DNA of 64,000 nt from Candidatus Levyibacteriota bacterium (GTDB taxonomy: Bacteria; Patescibacteriota; Microgenomatia; Levybacterales; UBA12049), in the NCBI GenBank assembly GCA_027459745.1, contig DAIDHL010000002.1:125656-189655 (forward strand). The letters are read 5' to 3'. Position numbers and translations under genes: made by a program. A model generated the notes under the pieces. It was not told the origin of the DNA. It made no database searches and saw nothing but the letters and a program-made list of their open reading frames with translations. Shown one piece after another: positions 48,087 through 58,424 of this stretch. Positions within the stretch are counted from its first letter, which is position 1. Each line of letters starts with the position of its first letter.

Positions 48087-49115
48087 ATGTTTAATATTGA
48101 TTTAGTGCAAAAGCTACTTTCTTATAGTTGGTTTGGTATCAATTGGACAGACATAGTAATTTTGATCGTCATGTGGTTCTATGTAGTGGAGGGCTATGAT
48201 TTGGGTTTCACACTAGCTGCTTTTGATTTTGCAAGCTTTGTTGTCTCCTTCTTATTAGCTTTACGTTTTTATAGTTTAGCGGCTCATCTTTTACTAGTCT
48301 TTTTCCCACTTCCTTTGGGTCTAAGTAATGCCATAGGGTTCTTTTTAATTGCTTTGATAACGGAAGTAATAATGAGTATAGCGCTAAGACGGTTTGTTTA
48401 TCCTCGCTTACCTATACCGCTCACCACAAAAGGAGTAAAAATATATCACGTCACCGATCACGTTTTAGGTATGCTGCCTGGTCTTGCCTCAGGATTGGTG
48501 GTAATTGCATTTTTATTAACATTAATTCTTTCCTTGCCTGTGTCACCTTTTTTAAAGGATATGGTAGCAAACTCTCTGCTAGGCTCTCATATTGTGTCAT
48601 TTACTACTAGTTTTGAAGGTAAGCTAGGAAATATTTTTGACGGAGCATTGCAGGACACCATGAGTTACTTAACGATTGAACCGCAAAGTAATGAATCGAT
48701 TAAGCTACATTTCACAGTCAACAATGGAGTAGTTGATAAAAATGCAGAACAGACTATGCTGACAGATATTAACCAACAGCGCAAGCTGCATGGAGTTTCG
48801 TCTTTACAAGGAGATGAACACTTAACTAAATTGGCCGAAACTTATGCCAACAATATGTTTGAATATGGCTATTTTTCTCATTATGACCAAAATGGTTTAT
48901 CACCTTTTGAGCGTATGAATAATGCTGGAATTAGCTATACTTCAGCGGGGGAGAACTTGGCGTTGGCTGCAAATGTAGATTTAGCTATGCAGGGTCTAAT
49001 GAACAGTCCCGGGCATCGAGCCAATATTCTTTCAACCAGTTTCCATAAAGTCGGTGTTGGAGTAGTAGATGGCGGGATTTATGGGGAAATGTTTGTACAA
49101 GAGTTTACAAATTAG
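48087..49115 (+). CDS. CvpA-like membrane domain fused to a C-terminal CAP/SCP (PR-1-like) domain
   Basis: N-terminal 4-TM CvpA-like region. The C-terminal CAP domain carries the HYTQVVW-type motifs SPGHRANIL and HKVGVGV. The track start at 48069 is a GTG; the first ATG is at 48087. Confidence 0.6.
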   Translation: MFNIDLVQKLLSYSWFGINWTDIVILIVMWFYVVEGYDLGFTLAAFDFASFVVSFLLALRFYSLAAHLLLVFFPLPLGLSNAIGFFLIALITEVIMSIALRRFVYPRLPIPLTTKGVKIYHVTDHVLGMLPGLASGLVVIAFLLTLILSLPVSPFLKDMVANSLLGSHIVSFTTSFEGKLGNIFDGALQDTMSYLTIEPQSNESIKLHFTVNNGVVDKNAEQTMLTDINQQRKLHGVSSLQGDEHLTKLAETYANNMFEYGYFSHYDQNGLSPFERMNNAGISYTSAGENLALAANVDLAMQGLMNSPGHRANILSTSFHKVGVGVVDGGIYGEMFVQEFTN

Positions 49116-49175
49116 AGTCTAAAATCTAGAAGTTAGTATTTATAAATTAGAACAAAATCTAATTTCAGGGCATGA

Positions 49176-49685
49176 TCACTTTATTAACATTCCCATTTGG
49201 TAGACGTCATGCTCATTGCCATCGCCTAATATCATTTTATAGTGTTTAATAATTTTAAATCCTAAATTTTTATATAGATTCAGAGCTGCATGTTGTTGGG
49301 GATTTACATCAACTATTATTTTTTTTATCCAGGAATTCCTTTTTATTCTGTTCAATAAATCACGCATCAAGTCCTTTGAAATGCCATTGCCTCTTGCCTC
49401 TGGCACAACATAGACAGAGATTATATGTGCAACATCAGGCTCTTTTTCAGCAAATGCACCGACCATCCCAACTAGGTGATTATCTGATTTGGCAAAAACT
49501 AACCATTGAGTTTTTTCTTGTATTGCATCTAATAGTCTCTGTTTCCAAAATTCTTCAGGTTTAGTAGAGTTTTCTGCATAACTAGAGCCATACGCTTGTG
49601 GTTCTTCTTTGAGTGCTCGAAGCCGTAAGTTTTTATACTTTGTCCATTCATCAGGCATTATGCTAGTAATAGTAATGTTGTCCAT
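49176..49685 (-). CDS. GNAT-family N-acetyltransferase
   Basis: Motif A VPEARGNGISKDLMRDLL. Confidence 0.75.
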   Translation of the reverse strand: MDNITITSIMPDEWTKYKNLRLRALKEEPQAYGSSYAENSTKPEEFWKQRLLDAIQEKTQWLVFAKSDNHLVGMVGAFAEKEPDVAHIISVYVVPEARGNGISKDLMRDLLNRIKRNSWIKKIIVDVNPQQHAALNLYKNLGFKIIKHYKMILGDGNEHDVYQMGMLIK

Positions 49686-49755
49686 AGAGGGATTATAACA
49701 GTGCTGAAGGCATAAACAATATTTAGAGATAACCAGACTGACAGAAAAAATGAAA

Positions 49756-51387
49756 TTATGTCAATTCTTCTTTTGGTTTTTGGGTCTTAAATTTGGCTAT
49801 AAGTTGATTGGTGGAGCTATCATGTGTTAAGTCTGCATTTTTTGTCTTTAATTCTGTCAAAATATTTTTGGCTAATACTTTACCCAGTTCTACACCCCAT
49901 TGATCAAATGAATCAACATTCCAAATTACTCCTTGGACGAAGACCTTGTGTTCATAAAGGGCGATTAATTCACCTAAAGAAAAAGGTGTCAGTTGGTCAA
50001 TTAATATTGTGTTAGTCGGACGATTGCCTAAAAAAGTTTTATGATTAAGTAAATTTGTCGACACATGTTCTGTCTCTAATTGTTCTTTGGTTTTACCAAA
50101 CGCCAAAGCTTCTGTTTGTGCGAATACGTTAGCTAATAATTTTTCGTGATGATCGCCTAGTGGGTTAAGAGCGTGGATAAAAGCAATAAAGTCACAGGGA
50201 ATCATCTTCCTGCCTTGGTGAATTAGCTGATAGAAGGCATGTTGACCATTAGTACCAGGTTCTCCCCACAGAATAGGGCCAGTTTGATAGTCAACCCACT
50301 CATCATTAAGAGTTACTGATTTACCATTACTTTCCATATCCAATTGTTGTAAATAAGCCGGGAAACGGTGTAAATACTGTTCATAGGGTAAAATAGCGTA
50401 GGTTTGTGCTGCATAAAAATTGTTATACCAAATGCCTAATAATGCTAAAATAATGGGCATATTTTTTTCTATAGGAGCTTTAAGAAAGTGCTGGTCCATC
50501 GCATTAAAACCAGCTAACAATTGATCAAAATTATCAGGACCAATAGCGATCATCAAAGACAAACCAATGGCACTGGTTAAAGAGTATCTACCTCCCACAA
50601 AATCCCAGAATTGGAACATATTACTTTCTGCAATACCAAATTCTTTGACTTTTTCTGTATTGGTAGATAAAGCTACAAAGTGATGGGCAATTGCTTTTTC
50701 ATCTTTTAATTTTTTTAACAACCATTGCCTGGCTGATAAAGCATTGGTAATAGTTTCTTCGGTAGTAAAAGTTTTAGACGCAATAATGAATAAAGTTTCT
50801 TCGGGATTTAAATCCCGTGTTGTTTCTACTAGGTGAGTTGAATCAATGTTTGAGACAAATTTGAAAATTAAGTTCTTATCAGCGTAAGCCTTCAGTGCTT
50901 CATAAGCCATCACTGGTCCCAAATCTGAACCACCAATGCCGATATTTATAATATTTTTTATTCTCTTGCCTGTAAAACCTCTCCATTCTCCATTGCGAAT
51001 TTGGGTGGAAAAAGTGTGCATGTGTTTGCGTACTGCAAGTATTTCCGGCATGATATTTTGTCCATCAAGTTCAACAGGTATATTTTTTATATTGCGTAAA
51101 GCAGTGTGCAAAACAGCTCGATTCTCAGTGAGATTTATTTTCTCTCCCTTAAACATTGCTTTAGCTTTAATTTGAACATCAACATTTTTTGCCAGGTTAA
51201 AAAGCAAAGCCATAGTTTCTGAGGTTACCAGATTTTTAGAATAATCAAGGAAAATATCGTTAAATTGCAGAGATAAGGTCTTAGCTCGTTGTGGATCTTC
51301 TGAAAATAGTTGATAAAGGCTAAATTTCTCCGCTTTCGTCTTATGTTCTTGTAGATTCTTCCATGCAGACGTTTTGCTGATTAGCAT
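49756..51387 (-). CDS. pgi: glucose-6-phosphate isomerase
   Basis: Full-length PGI pattern including the SIS domains (GIGGSDLGP, catalytic region [11 protein letters not shown]). Confidence 0.9.
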   Translation of the reverse strand: MLISKTSAWKNLQEHKTKAEKFSLYQLFSEDPQRAKTLSLQFNDIFLDYSKNLVTSETMALLFNLAKNVDVQIKAKAMFKGEKINLTENRAVLHTALRNIKNIPVELDGQNIMPEILAVRKHMHTFSTQIRNGEWRGFTGKRIKNIINIGIGGSDLGPVMAYEALKAYADKNLIFKFVSNIDSTHLVETTRDLNPEETLFIIASKTFTTEETITNALSARQWLLKKLKDEKAIAHHFVALSTNTEKVKEFGIAESNMFQFWDFVGGRYSLTSAIGLSLMIAIGPDNFDQLLAGFNAMDQHFLKAPIEKNMPIILALLGIWYNNFYAAQTYAILPYEQYLHRFPAYLQQLDMESNGKSVTLNDEWVDYQTGPILWGEPGTNGQHAFYQLIHQGRKMIPCDFIAFIHALNPLGDHHEKLLANVFAQTEALAFGKTKEQLETEHVSTNLLNHKTFLGNRPTNTILIDQLTPFSLGELIALYEHKVFVQGVIWNVDSFDQWGVELGKVLAKNILTELKTKNADLTHDSSTNQLIAKFKTQKPKEELT

Positions 51388-51474
51388 ATTTATTTCCCGT
51401 AGTATGCCACTTTTGTTTTAAATTGGCAAGTTAAAGAGCTTCTTTTATCTTTTGCTTTTTGCTACAGTAATAAT

Positions 51475-52467
51475 ATGGACTTAACCTGGAAAGATAAGCT
51501 ATCGTACTATTCCCAGGAGTGGCGCAATAAATTGCCTTATGCAGGTAATCCTAAAAAGCAAAATGTCTTACTGATTTTTTGTGGAGTGTCTGTGATATTC
51601 CTCTTAACGGCAAGTTTGTCATTGCTAGCAAGCAGTAGTGGAAATAAAAAAGATTTTAATAATTCAACTCAAATATCCAATAATAGTGGGAATAAAAACG
51701 CCCAGAACGGACAATGGCCTTCTCCAACTACTTCAGCAGTGGGGGACAAGTTAAATGGAGTTGGAAGTGTATTAAAAGGATCTGCACCTTCAAAATATTC
51801 CCAAATATTGAAAGGCGCTATTCCTTCTCCCCAAGTTTTATTTCCTAACTTAGCAAGTTCATCTGCAGGAGCAAATAGTGTTAATAGTCCTACTCAAAAT
51901 GGTTCTGCTTCCTCTGGCTCTATTCAAAATAAACAAAATAGCGGAACTGGATCAAATAAACCCAGTAATACCGATTTGTCAAATGTCACGCTATACTTTC
52001 AAGATCCGAATGGTAACTTACAGCCATATGTGGCACCTACTGCTCCGCCTGCTAATTTAAGCTGGGAGACATATGTTAATACCAATGATCATTATACGAT
52101 TGAGATTCCCGTTGGTTGGCAGGTGGTGAGAACTCTTTATGATGGGCATGAAGGAGTGTCTATCTATCCTCCTGGAATGAATATAAATACCTCATTGCAG
52201 GATGGGTTAGTTGCTATAGGATTCGGTGTTTCCCAATATGATTATCAAGTTCCTTATATTAATCAGTCTCAGGCATCTTCTATTGCCCCTATTACGATTG
52301 ATGGATACTCAGGTACTATCTATACTCAAGGTTCTTTTGGAATGAATACGGTAGCAGCTATTCTCAAGTATGGTAATTACTATTTCGGTATTGGTGGTAC
52401 AGCCAATTCAATTGATACAATATATATTTTTCAACATATGTTAGAATCCTTACAATTATATGGTTAG
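51475..52467 (+). CDS. secreted/membrane-anchored Ser/Asn-rich protein, hypothetical
   Basis: N-terminal TM or signal, a long low-complexity S/N/G-rich region, and a C-terminal globular domain. Confidence 0.45.
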   Translation: MDLTWKDKLSYYSQEWRNKLPYAGNPKKQNVLLIFCGVSVIFLLTASLSLLASSSGNKKDFNNSTQISNNSGNKNAQNGQWPSPTTSAVGDKLNGVGSVLKGSAPSKYSQILKGAIPSPQVLFPNLASSSAGANSVNSPTQNGSASSGSIQNKQNSGTGSNKPSNTDLSNVTLYFQDPNGNLQPYVAPTAPPANLSWETYVNTNDHYTIEIPVGWQVVRTLYDGHEGVSIYPPGMNINTSLQDGLVAIGFGVSQYDYQVPYINQSQASSIAPITIDGYSGTIYTQGSFGMNTVAAILKYGNYYFGIGGTANSIDTIYIFQHMLESLQLYG

Positions 52468-52537
52468 GAATGTTTAATTTGTAGAAAAAAATATTTCTCC
52501 TCTTGTCTAATTTTTGGTTGATGTATATACTGATAGT

Positions 52538-53590
52538 ATGCTTCGAGTTGCGATAAATGGTTATGGCCGTATTGGCCGCATGGCACATCGTATTATTATT
52601 CAGTGGCATAGTGAAGAAATTGAAGTGGTAGCGATCAATGCAGGTTCCTCTACTGATTTAAAAGGGTGGATGTATTTACTTAAATATGATACTGTGTACG
52701 GCCCATTGGATACAGACATGAGTATCACTCCTAATACTGACGAGAATAAAAAGGATTTTTTGGGACAATTAATTGTAAGCAATAAATCGATATCAGTCTT
52801 TTCTCAAAAAGATCCAACTTTACTTCCCTGGAAAGATTTAAATGTAGATTTAGTTATAGAATCAACGGGACATTTCACTACTAGTGAGAAGATGCAGTCA
52901 CATATTGCAGCAGGTGCGAAATCAGTAGTTCTTTCCGCTCCGGCTAAGGATAATACGCCAACCTATGTAATCTCTGTTAATGATGATAAGTATCAGGGTG
53001 AAAAAATAGTGAATAATGCTTCTTGTACTACTAATTGTATTACACCGGTGGCTAGAATCATTGAGGAAGCATTTGGTATTCAAAAAGCCATGATGACTAC
53101 GATTCATGGATATACTTCGGATCAACGCTTACAAGATGGTGGACATAAAGATTATCGTCGTGCCAGAGCAGCTACAGAAAATATTGTACCTACTAGTACA
53201 GGAGCGACTATTGCTGCGGGGAAGGCCTTACCTGCTTTACAAAATAAATTTGCAGGTTTATCTATAAGAGTGCCTGTACCTGTTGGGTCTTTGTCAGATT
53301 TTACTTTCTTATTAAATAAAGATGTTACAGTTGAAGAGGTTAACAATACATTGGAACAGGCAGCTCAACAACCGAACTATCAAGGAGTACTGATGACTAC
53401 TCACGACCCCATTGTTTCTTCCGATATCATCGGTAATTCACATTCCTCAATCGCTGATTTATCTCTAACCCAGGTTGTAGGAGGAAATATGTTGAAAGTT
53501 ATTGCCTGGTATGATAATGAGTATGGTTATGCTAATCGTTTAGTAGAATTATGTCTATTAGTGGGCAGTCAACTAAACCCAAGTGAATAA
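52538..53590 (+). CDS. gap: glyceraldehyde-3-phosphate dehydrogenase
   Basis: MLRVAINGYGRIGR N-terminus and active site ASCTTNC. The track start at 52514 is a TTG 8 codons upstream. Confidence 0.9.
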   Translation: MLRVAINGYGRIGRMAHRIIIQWHSEEIEVVAINAGSSTDLKGWMYLLKYDTVYGPLDTDMSITPNTDENKKDFLGQLIVSNKSISVFSQKDPTLLPWKDLNVDLVIESTGHFTTSEKMQSHIAAGAKSVVLSAPAKDNTPTYVISVNDDKYQGEKIVNNASCTTNCITPVARIIEEAFGIQKAMMTTIHGYTSDQRLQDGGHKDYRRARAATENIVPTSTGATIAAGKALPALQNKFAGLSIRVPVPVGSLSDFTFLLNKDVTVEEVNNTLEQAAQQPNYQGVLMTTHDPIVSSDIIGNSHSSIADLSLTQVVGGNMLKVIAWYDNEYGYANRLVELCLLVGSQLNPSE

Positions 53591-53661
53591 ACAAATAGTA
53601 CTTACAGATTATAGTAAATTATTCTATTTGTTTATTCCTTTTTTTTGTTTAAATCATAATT

Positions 53662-54243
53662 ATGGCAACTGAATTCCCTGATATTCGCAATATTACAGTA
53701 ACGGGTAGAATTGCTACTGGTGCAACTACATTAGCTAAACAACTAGCGGAAATTTTGCAATGGAAGTTTTTGGATGGGAGCCAATACAACGACGAGTTTT
53801 TTAAAAAAATAGGACAGGACGAAACCAATGTCAACCTGCGTCCAGATGATTTGGATAGGGAATTTGATGAACATATGCAGCATATTTTGCGCTATGATCA
53901 ACATTATGTAGTGCAATCACATCTAGCAGGCTTTAAAGCTCAAGGCATTGAAGGAGTGTATAAAATTTTAACACTTTGTAATGATAAAGAGGGAAAAGAT
54001 CAGACAGAAATTAGAGTAGACCGCTTAGTGAATCGTAAAAGTATTTCTGTGCATGATGCAAAAAAAGAAATTAAAGAAAGAGAAGCAGGTAATTTACAAA
54101 AATGGCGCAGAATGTATGTACCCCATGATCCTGATTGGGTATATTGGGATAAAAGATACTATGATTTGATAGTAAATACCTATTTTCTTAATAGACAGGA
54201 TAGTTTGGAATATGTTCTACAACATATCGGCTTCCACTCTTAG
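53662..54243 (+). CDS. P-loop NTPase, cytidylate-kinase-like family
   Basis: Degenerate P-loop ITVTGRIATGATT. Size and pattern are consistent with (d)CMP kinase-like proteins. Confidence 0.45.
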   Translation: MATEFPDIRNITVTGRIATGATTLAKQLAEILQWKFLDGSQYNDEFFKKIGQDETNVNLRPDDLDREFDEHMQHILRYDQHYVVQSHLAGFKAQGIEGVYKILTLCNDKEGKDQTEIRVDRLVNRKSISVHDAKKEIKEREAGNLQKWRRMYVPHDPDWVYWDKRYYDLIVNTYFLNRQDSLEYVLQHIGFHS

Positions 54244-54275
54244 ATATCTTGTGATAAATTATTTTTTGAAGCTGG

Positions 54276-54632
54276 TTAATAAATGATGAGGTTTGAAATC
54301 GTGTCCAGCATATACAAATTCGGCTGCAAAAATTTATATTTATTTAAACAATCCAAATAAATCCTATCTCCTGGATATAAGTCTATATTAGCTAAATTAG
54401 CATTATTTACCCAAGTAAAATGACCTTTTCGACCATCTTTAATTGTGCCTTGATAACGATTTGTTATAAATACATACGCCACTTCATCATTTTTATTAAT
54501 ACCGAAATTTCTGAAATAAATAATAGCCCGTAATTCTATGTTTGTGACGATAATATCTGCTTCTTCTTTTACTTCCCGTCTAGCACATTCTTCAATGCTT
54601 TCATCATCTTCTACATTACATTGAAATATGTA
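54276..54632 (-). pseudogene. NUDIX hydrolase remnant lacking its N-terminus
   Basis: The minus-strand frame is open from 54632 and reads ...ECARREVKEEADI (Nudix box REx2EEx) through MAYVFITNRYQGTIKDGRKGHFTW to the stop at 54276. There is no start codon upstream of the Nudix box, and the frame is cut by the start region of the + strand gene at 54663. Confidence 0.45.
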
Positions 54633-54662
54633 AGGTTCTAGAGTATACTTGGCTCAGTACTC

Positions 54663-55229
54663 ATGAAATATCTTAGATTAATTATCGCATTGTTTATATT
54701 ATTTGGGGTGGGAAGTAAGATAACTTTTGCTCAAACTCCTTCAGTGGTAGTTTCTTTACCGATCATGATGACTCCTTCTCCTACCCCAGTAGATTACACA
54801 TTGCCTTATCCGGGAATATTACCAGATAATCCTTTATATTTTTTAAAGTCTCTAAGAGACAATATTTATAGCCTGATGATCTCAGATCCTCTAAAAAAAA
54901 CTGAATTTGATCTTTTGATGGCTAATAAAAGATTGCAGATGGGTGTATTCCTGCTACAGGAAAGTAAAAGTAACGCAGTTCTAGCATTATCTACGATTTC
55001 CAAAGGGGAGAATTATATGACTGATGCACTCTCTAAAGTGCAGTCAGCTAAATCTCAAGGAGAAAATACTAACGATGTAATAAAGAGTCTTAACTTAGCT
55101 ACCAGGAAGCACGAAGAGGTATTACATAGTTTAGATCATACAATTCCCCTATCTCAGCAGCAAGAGTTAAAGACTTTAGAACAGAATGTGTCCCAACTTA
55201 TTCGTCAAGCTAGTTCCCTAACCAAATAA
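54663..55229 (+). CDS. secreted hypothetical protein
   Basis: Signal peptide MKYLRLIIALFILFGVGSKITFAQ. Confidence 0.5.
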   Translation: MKYLRLIIALFILFGVGSKITFAQTPSVVVSLPIMMTPSPTPVDYTLPYPGILPDNPLYFLKSLRDNIYSLMISDPLKKTEFDLLMANKRLQMGVFLLQESKSNAVLALSTISKGENYMTDALSKVQSAKSQGENTNDVIKSLNLATRKHEEVLHSLDHTIPLSQQQELKTLEQNVSQLIRQASSLTK

Positions 55230-55427
55230 TTTTAAGCAAAGAATTAACACCCATAATAATTTTCTTACATTTTTTATTACTTAACTGAAGCTGAATAGTT
55301 GGGCATAGATAAAAAAGATACATTCTGATCTATTGACTGTTTACCAGTAGTGCAATATCCTATTTGTGGACACTAAATAGATGAATTCACAATTTGGAGT
55401 TCAGGGTTCAAAATAAGGTAGGTAATT

Positions 55428-55919
55428 TTGAATTCTAAATTACTTATGCACTGCCCATATTGCGGATATATAAAATCTGAGGTGATTGAGACAAGAGATA
55501 ACGAAGACAACGACACTATTCGACGCAGAAGGCTTTGTTTGCAATGTGACAAGAGATATACAAGTTACGAAAGAGTTGAAAATATTCATTTGACTGTAAT
55601 TAAGAGAGACGGGAAAAAAGAACCGTATAATATTGAAAAACTACGTTCGGGAATAATTAAAGCCTGTGGTAAGACAACAATCGGTATTGAAGAAATAAAC
55701 AAGTTGGTGGCAGATGTTACGAGAGAATTAAGAAGTGGAGATAGTGTAGAAATTGATAGCAGATTGATTGGTAAATTAGTAGCAAAGCGTCTTAAAGCAT
55801 TGGATAAAGTAGCATATATTCGTTTTGCTAGCGTATTCAAACGTTTTGTAGATGCAGAAGATTTTGAAAAAGAATTACAAGTATTTAGTAAAAGGAATAA
55901 ATTAATTAAAAAAAACTAA
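55428..55919 (+). CDS. nrdR: transcriptional repressor NrdR (zinc ribbon + ATP-cone)
   Basis: CPYCG...CLQCDKR zinc ribbon followed by an ATP-cone. The TTG at 55428 is preceded by AGGTAGGT at SD distance. An alternative ATG at 55446 (MHCPYCG) gives the canonical NrdR N-terminus. Confidence 0.8.
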   Translation: MNSKLLMHCPYCGYIKSEVIETRDNEDNDTIRRRRLCLQCDKRYTSYERVENIHLTVIKRDGKKEPYNIEKLRSGIIKACGKTTIGIEEINKLVADVTRELRSGDSVEIDSRLIGKLVAKRLKALDKVAYIRFASVFKRFVDAEDFEKELQVFSKRNKLIKKN

Positions 55920-55920
55920 T

Positions 55921-58371
55921 ATGATAAAACTTGATGGTATCAGAGGAAAAGTATTTTTAGATCGTTATGCTCTTAAAGATAAAGAGGGTAATTTGATAGA
56001 ACATACTCCAGAAGAAACTTGGAGAAGAGTCGCCAGAGGAATTGCTCAAAGCGAAAAAGCCAAGGATCGAGAGTACTGGGAGGAAGAATTTTATAAAGCC
56101 ATGGCAGATTTCAAATTTGTGCCAGGTGGTCGTATTCTGTCTGGCGCAGGTACAGGTTTTCAGGTAACATATTTCAATTGTTTTGTTATTCCCTCACCTA
56201 AAGATTCTCGCCATGGTATTTTGGAATCACTTGGTCAACTAGTAGAAATTCAGGCACGCTCGGGAGGGGTAGGTTTAAATCTTTCTTCGTTACGTCCTAA
56301 GGGTGCTCGTGTAAAAAAGGTCAATGGTACTTCTTCTGGGCCCGTTAATTGGGCTACGCTTTTCTCAGTCGCTACTCATGATATTGTGCAGCAAGGTGGA
56401 TCACGTCGTGGTGCAACCATGTTGATGTTAAATGACTGGCATCCAGATATTGAAGAATTTATTACCGTCAAAGAAGATTTGACAAAAATCAGTGGTGCTA
56501 ATTTATCAGTCTGTATTTCAGATGCGTTTATGGAGGCTGTGAAAGCAGATAAAAGTTGGGAGTTAGTTTATCCTGATACTAGTGATCCAGATTACGATGA
56601 AAAATGGAATGGTGAATTGGACCAATGGAAAGCCTTGGGTAAAGAAGTTAAAGTATTCAAGACTGTAAAAGCGCGTGAATTGTGGGATCTTATCTGCACA
56701 GCTGCTTGGAGATCAGCCGAGCCAGGTCTACATTTCCTAGAGAGATCCAATAAGCGTTCTAATACTTGGTATTTCGAAAGATTGGTCGCTACTAACCCTT
56801 GCGGAGAACAACCTCTCAGTGGTTGGGCTGTTTGTAATCTAGGAGCTATGAATTTGTCAGCATATGTTAAAGATGCAGATTTAGCTAATGAGAAAGCTGG
56901 TTGGTTTGATTACAAGTCTTTTGCTCAGGATGTAAAAGTCGCCATGCGTTTTATGGATAATGTCATTGACCAGACACACTACTTTTTCCCAGAAAATGAG
57001 AAGGTTGCTAAGGATATTCGCAGAACTGGTCTGGGTATCATGGGGTTAGGAGATACTTTAATCAAAATGCACATTCGTTATGGTTCTGAGGAATCAATCC
57101 CCGTAGTAGAAAAGATCTTTCAAACCTTGCGTGATAGTGCATACGAAGCTTCTAGTGATATAGCTGCAGAGAAGGGTAGTTTCCCCAAATTTGATAAAGA
57201 TAAATATTTACAAGGTTACTTTATAAAAGCTTTGCCCAAGAAGTTACGTGACAAGATTCGTGATCAAGGAATTCGCAATGGAGTATTGCTTACTGTAGCT
57301 CCCACTGGTACCACAAGTTTAGTGGCTGGCGTATCGTCGGGTATTGAGCCTGTCTATGAGTTTTCTTTTTTGCGCAAATGGAGAGGTGGAGAAGAAGTGA
57401 TGTATCATCCGCTTTATGACGCCTGGATCAAAAATCATCCAACAGCAGCTAAACCAGATTATTTTTGTAGTACCAATGATTTAACTCCTTTAGAACATGC
57501 CAAGGTGCAGGCTGTGGCCCAAGAATATATTGATTCTAGTATCTCAAAAACGGTTAATGCTCCTAAAAATCATACAGTCGATGATGTGAAGACACTCTAT
57601 ATGTTGGCCTATGATATGGGTTTGAAAGGTATTACTTATATGCGGGATGGTTCACGCCAAGGTGTGTTGGAAAGAATAGAAGAGAAAAAAGAAGAAAAGA
57701 AAGAAGAAGTTAAACCTGCTATTCCAGCTACTCCGCGGGTAGCTCGTCCGATGATGCTGATGGGTACCACTTACAAAACTGAAAGTCCAGTTGGTAATAC
57801 TTACATTACCATCAATCACGATGAGAAGAGTGATCCATTTGAAGTATTTATTAGTAATGGAAAATCTGGATCAGATGTTTCAGCTATGGCAGATGCTTTA
57901 GGTAGAATGATTTCCTTTATTCTGCGTATTCATAGTTCTGTGCCTCAACGTGAACGTGTACGCGAAATAGTGTCTGAATTGACAGGTATTGGCGGAGCAC
58001 GTACTGTTGGCTTTGGACCTAATCGTGTACGCTCATTACCTGATGCAGTAGCCAAGATTTTGGCTCGACATTTTGAGTTTAGAGTTAACGGAAAAGTAGA
58101 AGATAAAGAAGTCATTGCCGCGGTAAAAGCCGAGCCCATTCTGGCTGCTTCGGCTAGCTTAACTAATGGACATGCTGCAGTAATAACTCAGCCAGTAGAT
58201 ATGCCAGCTACACCAGTAGCTCAACAATTGACTTTGACGGCTGATGCTCCAGTACAAATGGAACATAGTACAACTAATTTATTTGATATGTGTCCTGAAT
58301 GTCAGACATATAGTTTTGCTTACGAAGAAGGTTGCAAAAAATGCTATAGCTGTGGCTATAGTGAGTGTTAA
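55921..58371 (+). CDS. nrdJ: adenosylcobalamin-dependent (class II) ribonucleotide reductase NrdJ
   Basis: FVPGGRILSGAGTG and TNPCGEQPL active-site motifs. C-terminal CxxC...CxxC zinc ribbon. 2 nt downstream of nrdR. Confidence 0.9.
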   Translation: MIKLDGIRGKVFLDRYALKDKEGNLIEHTPEETWRRVARGIAQSEKAKDREYWEEEFYKAMADFKFVPGGRILSGAGTGFQVTYFNCFVIPSPKDSRHGILESLGQLVEIQARSGGVGLNLSSLRPKGARVKKVNGTSSGPVNWATLFSVATHDIVQQGGSRRGATMLMLNDWHPDIEEFITVKEDLTKISGANLSVCISDAFMEAVKADKSWELVYPDTSDPDYDEKWNGELDQWKALGKEVKVFKTVKARELWDLICTAAWRSAEPGLHFLERSNKRSNTWYFERLVATNPCGEQPLSGWAVCNLGAMNLSAYVKDADLANEKAGWFDYKSFAQDVKVAMRFMDNVIDQTHYFFPENEKVAKDIRRTGLGIMGLGDTLIKMHIRYGSEESIPVVEKIFQTLRDSAYEASSDIAAEKGSFPKFDKDKYLQGYFIKALPKKLRDKIRDQGIRNGVLLTVAPTGTTSLVAGVSSGIEPVYEFSFLRKWRGGEEVMYHPLYDAWIKNHPTAAKPDYFCSTNDLTPLEHAKVQAVAQEYIDSSISKTVNAPKNHTVDDVKTLYMLAYDMGLKGITYMRDGSRQGVLERIEEKKEEKKEEVKPAIPATPRVARPMMLMGTTYKTESPVGNTYITINHDEKSDPFEVFISNGKSGSDVSAMADALGRMISFILRIHSSVPQRERVREIVSELTGIGGARTVGFGPNRVRSLPDAVAKILARHFEFRVNGKVEDKEVIAAVKAEPILAASASLTNGHAAVITQPVDMPATPVAQQLTLTADAPVQMEHSTTNLFDMCPECQTYSFAYEEGCKKCYSCGYSEC

Positions 58372-58424
58372 GTAAATGAGAATTTATTAATAATTAGAAA
58401 TTGTAAATTAAAAATTAAATGGTT

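Noticed and set aside
55360-55430. NrdR-box operator upstream of nrdR
   Set aside because: Candidate half-sites (GTGGACACTAAAT..., TTCACAATTTGG) do not form the expected 16-bp palindrome cleanly, so this is left as an unconfirmed possibility rather than a feature.
57670-57720. Apparent short tandem repeat (aaagaagaaaagaaagaagaag) inside nrdJ
   Set aside because: It encodes an in-frame EEKKEEKKEE charged linker, which is low-complexity coding sequence, not a repeat element or slippage hotspot of note.
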